A DNA stretch of 64,000 bases from Botryllus schlosseri (taxonomy: Eukaryota): contig CM119375.1 in the NCBI GenBank assembly GCA_051294905.1, forward strand, positions 24,118,001 through 24,182,000, read 5' to 3'. The position numbers and the translations under genes are program-made. Of the stretch, positions 10,713 to 23,083 are shown in pieces. Below the pieces are notes generated by a model that worked only from the letters and a program-made list of their open reading frames with translations, did not search any database and was not told the origin of the DNA. Positions within the stretch are counted from its first letter, which is position 1. Each line of letters begins with the position of its first letter.

Positions 10713-13700
10713 GTAAGTGAATGTTTGCTGTGTGCTGAATTTATTTGTATGGAATAAGTGGAAGGCCCTTGGCTGCTATTGTCGTAAAATTTTGGAAATA
10801 TTTTTCCTGGACATTGACAATATCCCAAACATGAATGTCTTATCCGGATTGATGCCAAAATTGTCATGATCAACCCACAACATGTCAAAAAGTGCAATGT
10901 AATCGGTATGGTCGAAAATATACCAGATAATCTTTAATGTGATTGATAACAGACAATATATAATTTGTGGTGGCATAGAACGTACATATTTGAACTGGAC
11001 ATCTTACATACTGTTATTACATCATAATGAGTGAGACTCGAATACTCAATTCAAAGTGATGATGCGTGATTCAGAATCGAATCACTCAGGTACTCGATTT
11101 TGCCAAGCCCTAGTCCTTGGTAAGGTTGGGCACAACTATTCTGATATAAATTGTCATCTTTCAAGTCGAGTAGTAAAAGCGGATTTGTTTGGAATAATGA
11201 ACTTGTACACTTTTGGCACTGAGAGCTATTTTACCAACAAGAAATATAATTATTTTCAATAATTTCTTTTCACCTCTGGAACCTTGCAACCATGATTGGC
11301 TGAATTATAGCTTCTGGAACATGTAGCACAGTGCTACAATAGGCCTATTTATTGAAATGATATTTATTTGAAGTAGGGACCTACCCACAGCATCAGCATC
11401 TGCTATGAAATCATATTCATTGTCCTTGAATATTCAACTCCACTCGAAGCTTGATTTTAAATTGATTCAGGCCTACCGTAACCGTACAGTAATTTATTTT
11501 TCCCCTTGCCGTAAATATGCCTTGTTGGTGCAAAATTTGCATTTTATTGGGTTTTTCAAGTTATGAGATGTTGGGCAAGTTCTATGGTTTTTCTGGTCAC
11601 ATTTTGGTCTTTCTGCTCTTTTGATGTAGGCTATGTGAGTAGGAATATTTAGGACAGGCCTACTATGGATACCATCTGGATTTTCAATGTCTTAAAAATT
11701 GATTGAGTATTAGTTTGCAATTAGCAATTTGTATTTGTTGATTCTTGATCTGCTCATTTTCATTTGTTTATTTGAATACTATGCTCATATGAGAATGGAT
11801 GATTTTTTAATTTTCTAGTTTGCTTATGCAATTTTAGTCATCACTCATCAGTGAAGTGTGAACACAAAAGTCTTTTTTCTCTGTGCACTTCTTGTTAGAG
11901 GGTAAGTGGGTTGATGTTGCCTCCTTTCAAGGCAGTACTACACTCACTGATGCGTGTAGACGAATCGGGTTAACCTGATCAAATTTCCCATTCCCACCAT
12001 CTTCATAGTGACTCCATGTTTTGAGATTGGCCATGCGGTACCCTACTTTTAATAATGTGTGATCACCTACAAGGCCATGAGGTTTTGTTTGTGTAATGGA
12101 TTCACGAGAGGTTTTTGTAGATGCAGAATCTTTTTCACTTATAATGCTGGGGGTTATATGCTTACGTCACAATCACTAACATGGTGTGTTGCATGAATTT
12201 TGGTCAATTAATAAAATGTAATAGCTGACAAAATCACTAAGAATACCTAGTCTTGTGGTTCTTAACCAGAGTTGGAGGGCTCGCACAAAACCCAGGTTTC
12301 GTGAGCCGGTAGGTATCAGTGGCTGGAGACACATCTGACTCACGAGTTTATTTTCATATCATTATTATATAATATTTGTATTTTGTGTTAAAATCATGAT
12401 TTATTGGTCTTGTAAAACTGTTAAAGAAGTTGATTGCAAAGCTAGTTGCTGAGTAGCACATGCACAAGTATGGAAAAAGCTACAATTGCGTTTTCAAAAA
12501 AGTGCAAATTGGTAGGCTACCACATGACTGAATTCTTCCCATCTTATCTGTGTGTTCGAGTAAAGGCACCCAAGGTTTTGAAAAAATGATATTATCACGA
12601 TGAATATTTATTGCTTGTTGACGTATCGTATTCAAATTTTGGACCCTAAATCTTTTCGATTTGTTATTTTTCATGACAATATGCTTCATAATTTAGTGGA
12701 ACGGAGTGATACCCCGTGGTCTGTTGGTTCGAAAAGCACTGCACCAGGGCCAAGAAGTGTATGGCTGGATTTCTACAACTACAACGGAAATACTCTTCCC
12801 GTCGTCACATGGGAGCTCTCCAGTAAGTTTTTGGTTGAATTATTTTAGTTCCATATTATTTCTTTAATTTATACGGACTGACTGGGCGATAGCCTTGTTC
12901 CTTCTCTATTTTTCTGTATGGGCTGGAACCCTGGAAGAATGGTGCTGTGAAAATGTTTTTGTGTCAATAATTCTGATATTGACGTTTTATTGCGAAAAGC
13001 ATAAGTGAAATATTTTGCTTTATATAATCAGAAAAGTTTTGGGATTTACCTTACTTGCAGACAAGCGCTTAAAAATTTCATTAGCCTATTGCATTGCATA
13101 TTGCAGGAATTACAATCCAGGAACCAGCCAGATTAGGAGTAACCCTGAAGCAGATCATAAACTTAAGCTTAACTTTACAGCTTCCATACTCCCATGGCTT
13201 GACTAGACAGTGCATACATCCCCATTAGACATGTACTTTGTTTCTATATGTCTTGAAGAAAGCCACTGGGCTATAAATTATACAGTGCAGAATAGCTTGG
13301 TTCAATGATTTTGTATTGTGTAACCAACTTGATCACGAAACTGACACTTGTAAATGTCCTAACACATATTTCACAGCAGGTTTTTTTCTTAACAAGGAAC
13401 TGTTATTACTATACTGCACAAGTTTCATGAGGATACTGGTTCAATGATAGCCTATTTCTTGAAAAATATAGAACTGATTTTTCATGATCACACCAAACTT
13501 GTTTATCATGGGCATTGGTGTTAGTTGATTGTCAGTTGGCAAAATATAGGTCTATTATTATTGCTGAACCTAATTGAAAGAAAAATATGAACTGCATTAT
13601 CTCGTTGGTTTTGTTGATGTTGCTGTCTTTTGCATATTGCATAGCCAGTGATAATGCCTTGAATGGCATACCATAGGGACTGTTGTTTGTAGTATCATTC

Positions 13701-16700
13701 ATATCCAACACTCCACCGGAACGCTTACTTTAGAAAACTGGTAGGCTATCTAAATAATATCAAATGTGTCGTAATTTTCAGCACAATACATGAACGACGT
13801 AGACGGCTTTTACGTTGAAATGACATTGCTGTATCAGTCGATATTCTTCTTCAATTGCGCCGTAAACTTTACAAGAGTGGAAAGGCAGCTGCGACAGCAC
13901 ACGGTTCGTACCACAAATGATTTGTTTACTACACACATTTGAACCTATGATAACGTTCACACTGTGGCTAAAATCATGTTTGTAAGCACTGCTGCCTGTT
14001 TCTGTCACCTAATCTGTCCCTGAAGACCTGGTATGTTGGTTTTATCCTTTCAAGTGTCATCACCACTGAGAAGTTCATGATACACTGGGCTTCGAATAAC
14101 CCTATGTATGAAAATCACATAATCCAAGAAGTTAACACTGAAATACCAACACCTTCTACAATCAGCTCCAATTATGGCAATAATTGATTGGATATAGAAA
14201 CTGATTGGGATATGAATGCTATTGTATTCAAAAGAACAAAGTGAAACGAAACCTATGCGCTTTCAAAATTCTAAACATAGTATATGCTCCGATGAGTAAG
14301 GTGAAAAATACTGTATTTTACTGGAAAGTAACCAGAGATCAGTAATCTTACTGACCCCTTAAAAGGTCAAATTACTGGAGGGGTGATTAGATTACCCGCA
14401 GGTTTAAAACCGTTTGTCTGATGGGTAGTTCTCTCTTGAAACAGATTCTCTTCGAATTTAAAGAATGCTGTCTGACTCTGGATGCCGGACTGCAGCCTCA
14501 GGATCACGTGTTGGTGCAGCTTCATTCGTTACCTTTGTATTCCAGTGGCGACAATATATATTCGGCCGAGACCGAGATGGTAGTACCAGAACACTCTGGT
14601 GAGTGTTGTAATCCATAACTTAGCTTTGCACTTCATGTTTTGTATACTGCGATATGATCAATTGAGAATGACAGCTTTTCATAGTGGAAAATAGTATCAA
14701 AAGCTCAATACCATAATTCTCGCGTAGAAATTAGCTCCAGCTCGAAAGCCTCACTACATATAATTTAGTTTAAATTATAAAGGCAGAATATGCCAAGCCA
14801 TACATAGTCCAACCGGATTTCGAATTACGTTCCCACAGAGATAGCCCGATTAAGTAAACTCACATAAACTGATCATTTTTATGGTTGGTGTTCAAAAAGA
14901 GATTCTTTCTCAAATTGTACTGGCTACTTGATAAAATTGTTAGGTTACCTAATTAAAGGCTGCACGCCAAATTTGGTTCAATTCCAACCAGTGGAAGCGG
15001 AGCTATTGCAGTAGAAAAATTTGGATTTCAATGAAATAATTTTTACGGTGGCCAGTAGGGTTGTCCAAAATTTGGAAAATCTTAAAAATACCCCGTGATT
15101 GTGTCTCATTCCATAGATTATTGATAAAAAATAACAATGAGCCCAAAAGAAGCTCACGGGAAAGCCGTTAAGATTTCGGCCAAAGCGTTTTAAAGTAGCT
15201 GCCCAAGAATGGGCGTGCCACCGACCATAGAACGGCGAGAAGACTAGTAATCAAATAACCACGGCTCCTGATTGGCTAATTGGCTATGCTTCAATGATCA
15301 CCACAGCAACAACTTGCTGATTATGTGCTCAAGGAGTCTGCTACCGGTGGGGATTCTGAAATCGCGTTGTTGGTAGGTTGGCAGATGATGATTTAAGATT
15401 AATTCAGGACATGTTAAGGTACGAAATACATGATGAACAATCAACAGCTGCTTCACATAAACTTCTACAGCATGACTGCTTTGCTGTGAAGGAAACGGCT
15501 GTAGCCTACATGCCGTGTTTTCATCGAGGGAAAGCAAAGACGCTTATGCAAGTAGTGAACGAATTCCCCGTTTCAGAAGGGATCCATCATCAGTGAATAC
15601 AAATATAAAGCTTGACCATGACACTATACTTTGTGTGAGCTTATTGGACTCAAGTTGTAGTATATAGTTGATATTTTGAATGCTCTAGGGATTGACTGAA
15701 TCAGCCGGTTGTGCTTGGCAGTTATACTTACAGCAAATTGAATTCACATGTAAGTGTTGTCAAAGTCCTTAATGATGCTGCAGAAAAGAGGTGTAAAGTA
15801 AGCACAATGCTGGATATCATGTCCAAACTATGCTGGATACTATGCAGTATAGTCTGTGATTATCTTTACACCTATTTTCTGCGGGATCAATAGGGACTTT
15901 GACATACCACATTGGGCATAGCCTATGCGAGTGTGCGTTATCATTAGGGACTTTAGCAACACTTACAAGTGAATTCAATTTACTGTAAGCATCTGATGAG
16001 TGCCAAGCATAACCCGCTGATTCAGCCGATTCCAATATCATTCGAAACATCACGTATATATTACAGCTTGAGCCTAATAAGATCACACAAATTACGGTAT
16101 CGTGTCATTGATAAGCTTTATATTTGTGTTCACTGATGATGGATCCTTTCCAAACGGGGAATTCGTTTACCGCTTGCATAAGCGCCTTTGCTTTCCCTCG
16201 GTGAAAACACGGCATGTAGGCTACAGCCGTTTCCTTCCAATAAAGCAGTCATGCTGTAGAAGTTTTTGTGAATGTGTGTGTGTTGATTGTTCATCATGTA
16301 CTTCGTACTTTAACATGTCCTGAATTAATCTTAAATCATCATCTGCCAACCTACCAACAACGCGATTTCAGAATCCCCACCGGTAGCAGACTCCTTGAGC
16401 ACATAATCAGCAAGTTGTTGCTGTGGTGATCATTGAAGCATAGCCAATTAGCCAATCAGGAGCCGTGGTTATTTGATTACTAGTCTTCTCGCCGTTCTAT
16501 GGTCGGTGGCACGCCCATTCTTGGGCAGCTACTTTAAAACGCTTTGGCCGAAATCTTAACGGCGTTCCCGTGAGCTTCTTTTGGGCTCATTGTTATTTTT
16601 TATCAATAATCTATGGAATGAGACACAATCACGGGGTATTTCTAATATTTTCCAAATTTTGGACAACCCTAGTGGCCAGGTTCACGTTGATCTTGTGAAT

Positions 16701-19700
16701 AAGACATCATGTGTAGTGTAGTTGCATCTTGTGTTTGAAGCAGATATCAAATTTGTAATGGTGGAAGTAATGATTAGCCTGAATGCTGGATAGCCTACTA
16801 CCAAATTTCAATTCAAGCAACGAATTTTCTGGGGGGGAATAATTTATAATCCTTAAAGGAATTGTGAACTTTCAAAAACCTTGTATAGCAACATTTCCTA
16901 TAAACAGTTATATGTCACGGAAACAATCAACTCAATCCGTTCCACAACTATCCCCTTACCAGCATCTTATTTTGAATATAATTTTGCAGAATATTATCGA
17001 TAATATCTAACTAAATGCACATGAATATTATGAATGTTTGGAATTCAAACTTCAGGCAATTTCCCGATAATGTTATTGAAACTGCAGTTTCAGTCAATTA
17101 ACATGAATATTCCTTCTTCGGGCCAATGAGCCATACGCCATCTGACCAGTCATTCCAGTCCTGAGCACAATTGCATTATCATTGATAGATGTAATAAAAC
17201 ATATTAGGCGGAAACATAACAATGTCAACCTTGCCCAAAAGACGTCGTGCTTGTGATATTTAACCCGTCACAATCGCACGTTATGCAATTTGAATGTTCC
17301 AATGTTCTTGCGAATCCATATTCTTATTGAATGCGACAAATTTTGAATGGTAACGGAAACCCTGTATCAAAGCCCTGATATCAGATGTATGATGCAAAGC
17401 ATGGCATGAATGTATCACACGCGATAATTTAGGCACATATTCATGACTGAAAGTAGAGTTTCACTACTGAGTTTTAACAGATTGATCAAGTGTCGTGTTT
17501 GGTTCAAGTCACCAGATCATTGATCAACTGCATTTTGAATATCATCAACCTGATATTGATTAGATGATAATGTAATTGGTCTAACTATCACGTATCAGTG
17601 CAAGAACAACAATCATCCTCTTTTCTTTATTAACCATATTTGAACCTACTAGTAGCCCAGACCTTTTGGCTATTTCTTTCAAACACTTATAGATTGTTAA
17701 AATACTTTATCCTCATAAAAAACTTTGGTATGAAAATAATCGGAGGCGTATGTACTTGCAAGATAGGCTGGTTTTCTTTTGAAACTCAGCACTTTATTCA
17801 TGGCCATGTTACTTAATGCTGAAAAATGTAAAAATTATAAAATCGAATTAACTGATATAACGTGAATTTACATTAAGACAATTTTGCATTGTCTAATTGC
17901 AGACAGATCTGATGGTACCGAATTTGATCAAGACTTTTTCAACTTGACCTGGTATGATCTTGAAGAATTGGAAAAGTACTGGAGTAAGTAATAATTCAGT
18001 AACGTGTTCTAGTATAGTTCGACTGGAATTGTTACAGAAATGAGTAGTGAAGGTAAGATTAACAGACTTTTGTGTCTTGTTTATTGGTTTACTTTGGTCA
18101 TTTGCGAACGTGTTCGAAGTATATGTGGATTGAACTTAATTATAAGTAGGCTAATACTACGGTATGAGTTTATATTCAACAGCCAAATAGAAGTTGTGAT
18201 TTTCTGAACATGCCAAAACCTCAAGTATAATCTCGTCATATGCATTAGATGGCGCTTCGAATGGGAGCCATATACTGTGACAAATAAGGCCTGATAAAAC
18301 TGCTACCAAACAAGAAGTAAAGAGTAGAGAGGTTTAATTGGAAAAAACGTCGAAATAGTTGTGTGAAAGCCATCTAACGGCAGAACCAGTAGAGTTGTTA
18401 TTGCGAGTAGGGATAAGCCCACGAACGTCGTCTGGTCATTTAAAAAATATCTGGGTGAAACCGTCGATTAACTATTATTTTTTGCACTTCTCAGTGAGTC
18501 CGGTTACGACCATGCAGATTTCGACAGAATCAGGGCCCCAGGCCAATGCGAAACAGTCCTCGACAGAGCCTAGTATCATCCTGATCTTCACATACGGGGG
18601 TCTTGCGTGTTTGATCTGCTTCGCTTGCGGCATCACCGGGATTGCCTGCTGTCTTCACCGGAAGCTTACCTACTCAGGTCTGTCCTTTATTCGTCAGAGT
18701 AGCTAGCAATGCCACCGCAATTAGAATAAGGGTCCTAATTTTCCGCCCAATTACAAGTAGAAGTAGTTATTTCTAAGATATGTTGTAGATATATAGAAAG
18801 CTAATTCTAGTAGAAATTGGAAACGCAGGCGTGAAAAATACCGAAGTTTGGTTTGATTTGGTCGAGCTTACTTTTAGTCGTCAACTCATCCATCATTTGG
18901 AGTTGGCTACATTAAAAAATGTACGATGTATCCTCACGACGCGACATGACTAAAAACTCTGCAAATAGGTAGGCCTACCGGTGTGTTCTCTGATATATTT
19001 AGTTGAGCTACCCTGAAACAGGGACAATTTCACTCGGTTCTTGTGACAATTTCTCTCGTGAAATCCCAACCGTAATTACCGTAATTTTCCCAATATAGTG
19101 CGCCCCCATGTACAATACGCACCCTTAAAATGCCGTGTAAATCCTGGGAAAAAGCCTGTGTCACCCATGTATAGTACGCACCTGGTATTCACAGTACATG
19201 AATAGTTGTGTTTTACTATACGATGTCGGTCTGATTTGCGATGACACTGTTCAGCAATCATGACATAACGATCGCTAATCATTATGCAATTAACGGCATT
19301 GTCTCTAAACGATAGTAGATAGCATCCAAAGCCTGCGAGCCTGGCGATGCGATAGTTCAGGCCAGAGACGCGACATCTTGCGCACAAAGCCTATCACAGA
19401 TGCGATTGCTCAGGCCAACAGGTCTGTCGGAGATGCGGCACATGGCCTGTTGTTTATGCGATTGATAAAGCCGACGTGATGAATTGGCGAGGATTACCGC
19501 GCACGCGTGCAGCAATGCTCGTGCTCAGCGACCTAATTTCGCTCGCGTACAAACGGCAAACTAACTCAGCAGGAGACCACGTGCTGTGCTGCTCGTTAAT
19601 TGGCAGCGTGTTATACTGATAGTACGAATTACTGGGCACGATGGCTGAAAGTGATGCGGGATCGGAAATAAACATGAAAAAAGAAGTGATTTCAAGTTTT

Positions 19701-22602
19701 TTTTCAAGTGTTGTTATGCTCATGTATAATACACACCCCTATTCCAGGGCAAAAAATCGGTCAAGTTTTGTGCATTATACATGGAAAATTACAGTAAGTA
19801 TAGTTTTGCCCAAATGCCCTTCAGCAGAATCGGAAGAAGTCAAAAAACGTAGCAACTTGAGTAAGTTGGACAAGTTTGCACATTCTACTTGAATATTCCA
19901 AAAAGTAGAAGTACTTAGTTGCCTACCACCTCTCTGCCGAGCCGGAAAGCTAGATAAAGCTTTTCCAGGTTAGATTGGAATTTACTGAATTCTCAAAAAC
20001 TTGAAGATAAAGCTAGATAAAGCTTTTCCAGGTTAGATTACAATTTGCCGAATTCTCAAAAACTTGAAATAAGACTTAAATTGCGTATAGAACAACAAAA
20101 ACCAAGTTCAGTTCATATCAAATTAGAACTTATTCTCACAAGCACGAGAATGGCAAATGTCTGTACACCAACCTTGGCTGGTTTCGTACTTTACAGTTCT
20201 CCTGTAGCATTTTCAGGTAAACTAGGTACATCAGATTCAAAGTAAAATTAGACCATACAAACACAAACATTTCACAAACCAGATTAGAAGTAGATTACCA
20301 GCATTTCACTCTCTGATTCAGTGGTTCTCAACCGGGGATCAGCGAAACCTCAAAATTTTCAAAATTATTGATCACCCAAGTCTTAATTTGTGATGTTTCA
20401 AATTAGGGCAAGAAACGAGGCAGTCTCGCTCCATGACTGCTCAAAATAACGCAATAAAATCACCAGAGATGAAATATGCTACCGTACAAACTCGTTTAGC
20501 CATATCGTCGCTGGAAAACCACTTTTAACCACTTTTCGTATTTTTGAATTCTTTTCTTCTGTCACTATTTCGTTTCAACCTTGTAGCATGAATTTTTAGT
20601 GAAGGGGACGTATAAACTTGAATTTCAAGGTAAAGTGAAAACGAAACCGGTTTATTGCCAAATTATATGGTCAAAGTCAAAATTTCAAAAAATGGGCGTA
20701 AGAATGTTGGTTTGTCAGCGACAATATTGCCAATGTCCTATTGGTAAAAACATAACGCTGAGACTTTTTGTTTGGGTTTGTGGACAAAATCAGGGGGTAT
20801 CTTGGAAATGTTTGCAAAACATTTTGGATTTGAAGTTGTCAGTCTCTCAGCAAATTAGTGAACAATCGTTTGAAATATATATCCTGAAGTTTCTTCCTAA
20901 TTGATTGAAACTTCACCACAACATCCATTTTATCACTATTCTAGAATAACTTCTACATGAGATGTTAGATAGAAATGACTAGGCGGGGTGTGATATTTTC
21001 ATGAAAAATGTTTTGGAATTTCGGCCATATATGTTGTGATCACCCCAAAGGGTGGGTCGTCAGCTGCAGTTCAAGCCTGCACTTCATATTTGCACAAAGC
21101 TGTTGGCGGTCGCACGGGCTAAATTTGAACCTATGTGTTGAAGGGGCTCAGTGACGGTCCAAAAGGGGTCCGCATAGACAAAAAAGTTTAGAATCATTGC
21201 AAAAATTTGTCTAATAATTAGCAGGGTTGTAATGACTCTAGTCCGGCTCAAGTCGTGATTTTTCGTTTTTCGACTCGACATAGCATGAGTCACTTCTTTA
21301 AATGCGTAAGATGACTCGACTCGAGTCAATTTTTGTACTCGAGTCATTATGCATGACTCGAACCAAGTCAGATTACTTGAGACTAAGAGGGCCATGACAT
21401 TCATTGTAACTTCGAAGAATAGTAAAGTCACCAACCACATCATTGGTATTTGGTCTATCAGTCCTGATACTCGAAAAAACGAAAAAGTGCCAGAAACTGT
21501 TAGGACTGAGGAAAATTACTATGATATGAATGCGAGCCATTCTATATCACCTGAGCAGAGTTGAAAAAGTCGGTTGAACTAGAATGAACTGAAAACTGAA
21601 CAGCAAACATAAGGACTTGCACTCGATCAAACCACTATGACTCAGACTCGACTCTTTACTAGATGACTTGACTCGATGGTGAATTGAAAATTACTCAACT
21701 TGACTCGAGTCAAAACTATAAAATCAAAACTATAAAAGTGAGATTGACTTATAGACAACTGGAGTTATCTATATAGATCACTATATAGTGATGAGTTATC
21801 TAGTTATCTTTGTGTCGCAAATAGGGCTTGCATTTTCCGCCAGTTTCACCCTCGTTATCACTTTTCAGAGAAGCAACACATGACGTCGGTTCCCGTCAAA
21901 CGCGTCTTATATTTGTGTGATGAAGACGCCGATTCAGTCAAGCTCCACGGTCGCTTGTTGGAAACGATACAGAAATTATGCGCTGGCAAAATCGACATCA
22001 TCGCCAACATACAAAAGCAAACTGAGATTTCTAAGGTCGGGGTCACGTCGTGGACTGGAACTAATATGGCAGACGCGGACGTAGCCACACTAATTGTTGT
22101 TTCAAAGACAAGCCAACTCGCAGACATCGTCGGAAAGAATACTAACGCAAATAAAAGTTCAGCAGTCAACGTGGCATTACAAATATCAGAATTGAAAGCC
22201 ACGCAATCCAGCTTTGCCGATTTGAGAAAAAAGATTATTCTTCTACACACAGGTGACACCATTCAGCACAAAGACAAAATGTTGTATTGCACTCATTATT
22301 CTGTGCCGGAACAGCTGGAAATCGCTTTGAAACACATTTTGGGCCAAAATTATACGCGGCGCGAAGATATTTTAAAGGAATGTAGCGAATTCATTAAGGC
22401 TATTATGCTCCAACAAAGCGTCAATGATGACAGTGGTCCAGTCTCCGAGCGCAGTTCTATGCTGATGAATAATGACTTGAACCGATCACCGTCAGTATCG
22501 ATATCGTTGGACTTGAACGTTCAAGATACCTCCATTTCGCTCAATAACATCAATTTAGTTTATACCAGCATGACAGCCCAAGATAATAATGCTAGCGTAT
22601 GA
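10589..22602 (+). CDS. IL-17-receptor-like (SEFIR-domain) type I membrane protein, predicted 524 aa
   Basis: Exons 10589-10712, 12697-12822, 13782-13903, 14445-14598, 17903-17983, 18038-18052, 18495-18677, 19825-19860 and 21869-22602. All introns are GT-AG with compatible phases. Total 1575 nt, one open frame: signal peptide, IL17R D1-like domain, TM, SEFIR. Confidence 0.82.
10760..11112 (-). mobile_element. Truncated, diverged copy of the TAGGGCTGGGCA MITE in intron 1
   Basis: The reverse complement ctagggcttggcaaaatcgagtacctgagtgattcgattctgaatc matches the left end of 26757-27266. Confidence 0.7.
12697..12822 (+). CDS. IL17R-like exon 2
   Basis: atttag|tggaa...; ERSDTPWSVGSKSTAPGPRSVWLDFYNYNGNTLPVVTWELS resembles the IL17RA segment TPSSPKDL...PVAHIEW. 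Donor a|gtaagt. Confidence 0.85.
13782..13903 (+). CDS. IL17R-like exon 3
   Basis: ttttcag|cac...; QYMNDVDGFYVEMTLLYQSIFFFNCAVNFTRVERQLRQHT resembles [21 protein letters not shown]. Donor acg|gttcgt, phase 0. Confidence 0.85.
14445..14598 (+). CDS. IL17R-like exon 4
   Basis: aaacag|att...; ILFEFKECCLTLDAGLQPQDHVLVQLHSLPLYSSGDNIYSAETEMVVPEHS resembles [22 protein letters not shown]...FLVPDC. Donor g|gtgagt. Confidence 0.87.
15056..16671. mobile_element. 1.6-kb foldback (fully palindromic) element in intron 4
   Basis: Ends tagggttgtccaaaatt / aattttggacaacccta. Perfect TSD GTGGCCAG (15048-15055, 16672-16679). Outer ~360-bp arms are almost identical; inner arms remain inversely homologous to a centre at ~15830. 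Confidence 0.93.
17903..17983 (+). CDS. IL17R-like exon 5 (acidic stalk)
   Basis: aattgcag|acag...; DRSDGTEFDQDFFNLTWYDLEELEKYW. Donor a|gtaagt. 81 nt, phase 1-1. Confidence 0.7.
18038..18052 (+). CDS. IL17R-like candidate 15-nt microexon 6
   Basis: gttacag|aaatgagtagtgaag|gtaaga after a 54-nt intron. In frame (KMSSE), phase 1-1. Confidence 0.55.
18495..18677 (+). CDS. IL17R-like exon 7 (S/T stalk + transmembrane helix)
   Basis: ttctcag|tgag...; contains IILIFTYGGLACLICFACGITGIACCL followed by HRK. Donor g|gtctgt. 183 nt, phase 1-1. Confidence 0.85.
19079..19794. mobile_element. Tigger/pogo-type (Tc1/mariner) MITE
   Basis: TA|ccgtaattttccc ... ggaaaattacag|TA, with gtataat(a/g)cac subterminal motifs. 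Confidence 0.75.
19825..19860 (+). CDS. IL17R-like candidate exon 8
   Basis: ccttcag|cag...ttga|gtaagt; AESEEVKKRSNL. 36 nt, phase 1-1. A NAGNAG alternative start at 19828 is possible. Confidence 0.55.
   Translation, partial: QNRKKSKNVAT
21869..22602 (+). CDS. IL17R-like terminal exon, SEFIR domain + S/T/N-rich tail
   Basis: cttttcag| acceptor in frame with the 240-aa ORF. RVLYLCDED...EISKVGVTSW...ADADVATLIVVSK...YSVPEQLEIALKHI follows the SEFIR pattern (V.I.Y...eI...G...W...AD.viiv.S...Y.L..ql..L). Confidence 0.88.
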
Positions 22603-23077
22603 TTTAATTTTGTCTCGTGCTTTTGCCACCACTTTAGTTCGTGGCGTTATCTGACCTTACGAATTGTCTCAATGAAAATTATCGTTTCGTTGGAGTAACT
22701 TTCTTCCTATCATGACAGCCTTGAAACCCAAGTTGAGTGACGTACTTACCAGTGGCGTAGACAGGGGGGTCGAATCGGAGAACCCTCTACCCCCTTTCCC
22801 TGCTCCCCTTTTAAAATCCCTTGTTGTTCTCCTGGAGAGAGTAATCTGCCAATCCCTATGTTTGAATGTACCCGCATATTGTTCATATTATTTCTTCACG
22901 CAGTTGTTGTACGATGTTTTAACGACCCTAACCATTCGACGTGCTAGCTCATGCCCCCACAATGAGTCACCAATAGTACACACAGATTTGTTAGTGATTT
23001 AGATTCACTACCCCTGCTTTTTGAGTTAGATGACTATCTAAATCAATCTGTCATTATTCACGTATTCGTACTGAATT

Positions 23078-23083
23078 AATAAA
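23078..23083 (+). terminator. Candidate polyadenylation signal of the IL17R-like gene
   Basis: AATAAA about 480 nt downstream of the stop codon. Motif only. Confidence 0.3.

Noticed and set aside
13107-13206. Possible receptor exon after ttgcag (ORF 13015-13206)
   Set aside because: The phase-1 frame runs to a stop with no suitable donor, and exon 2 joins exon 3 cleanly without it.
19748-19793. Apparent exon ccag|ggc...aca|gtaagt
   Set aside because: 46 nt shifts the frame, leaves only a 31-nt intron, and the donor is the TIR/TA of the Tigger MITE.
21461-21564. ORF SPDTRKNEKVPETVRTEENYYDMN as a cytoplasmic exon
   Set aside because: Needs phase 2, ends in a stop without a donor, and lies between GACTCGAGTC MITE fragments.
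21858-22262. 134-aa minus-strand ORF
   Set aside because: Antisense shadow of the SEFIR exon.
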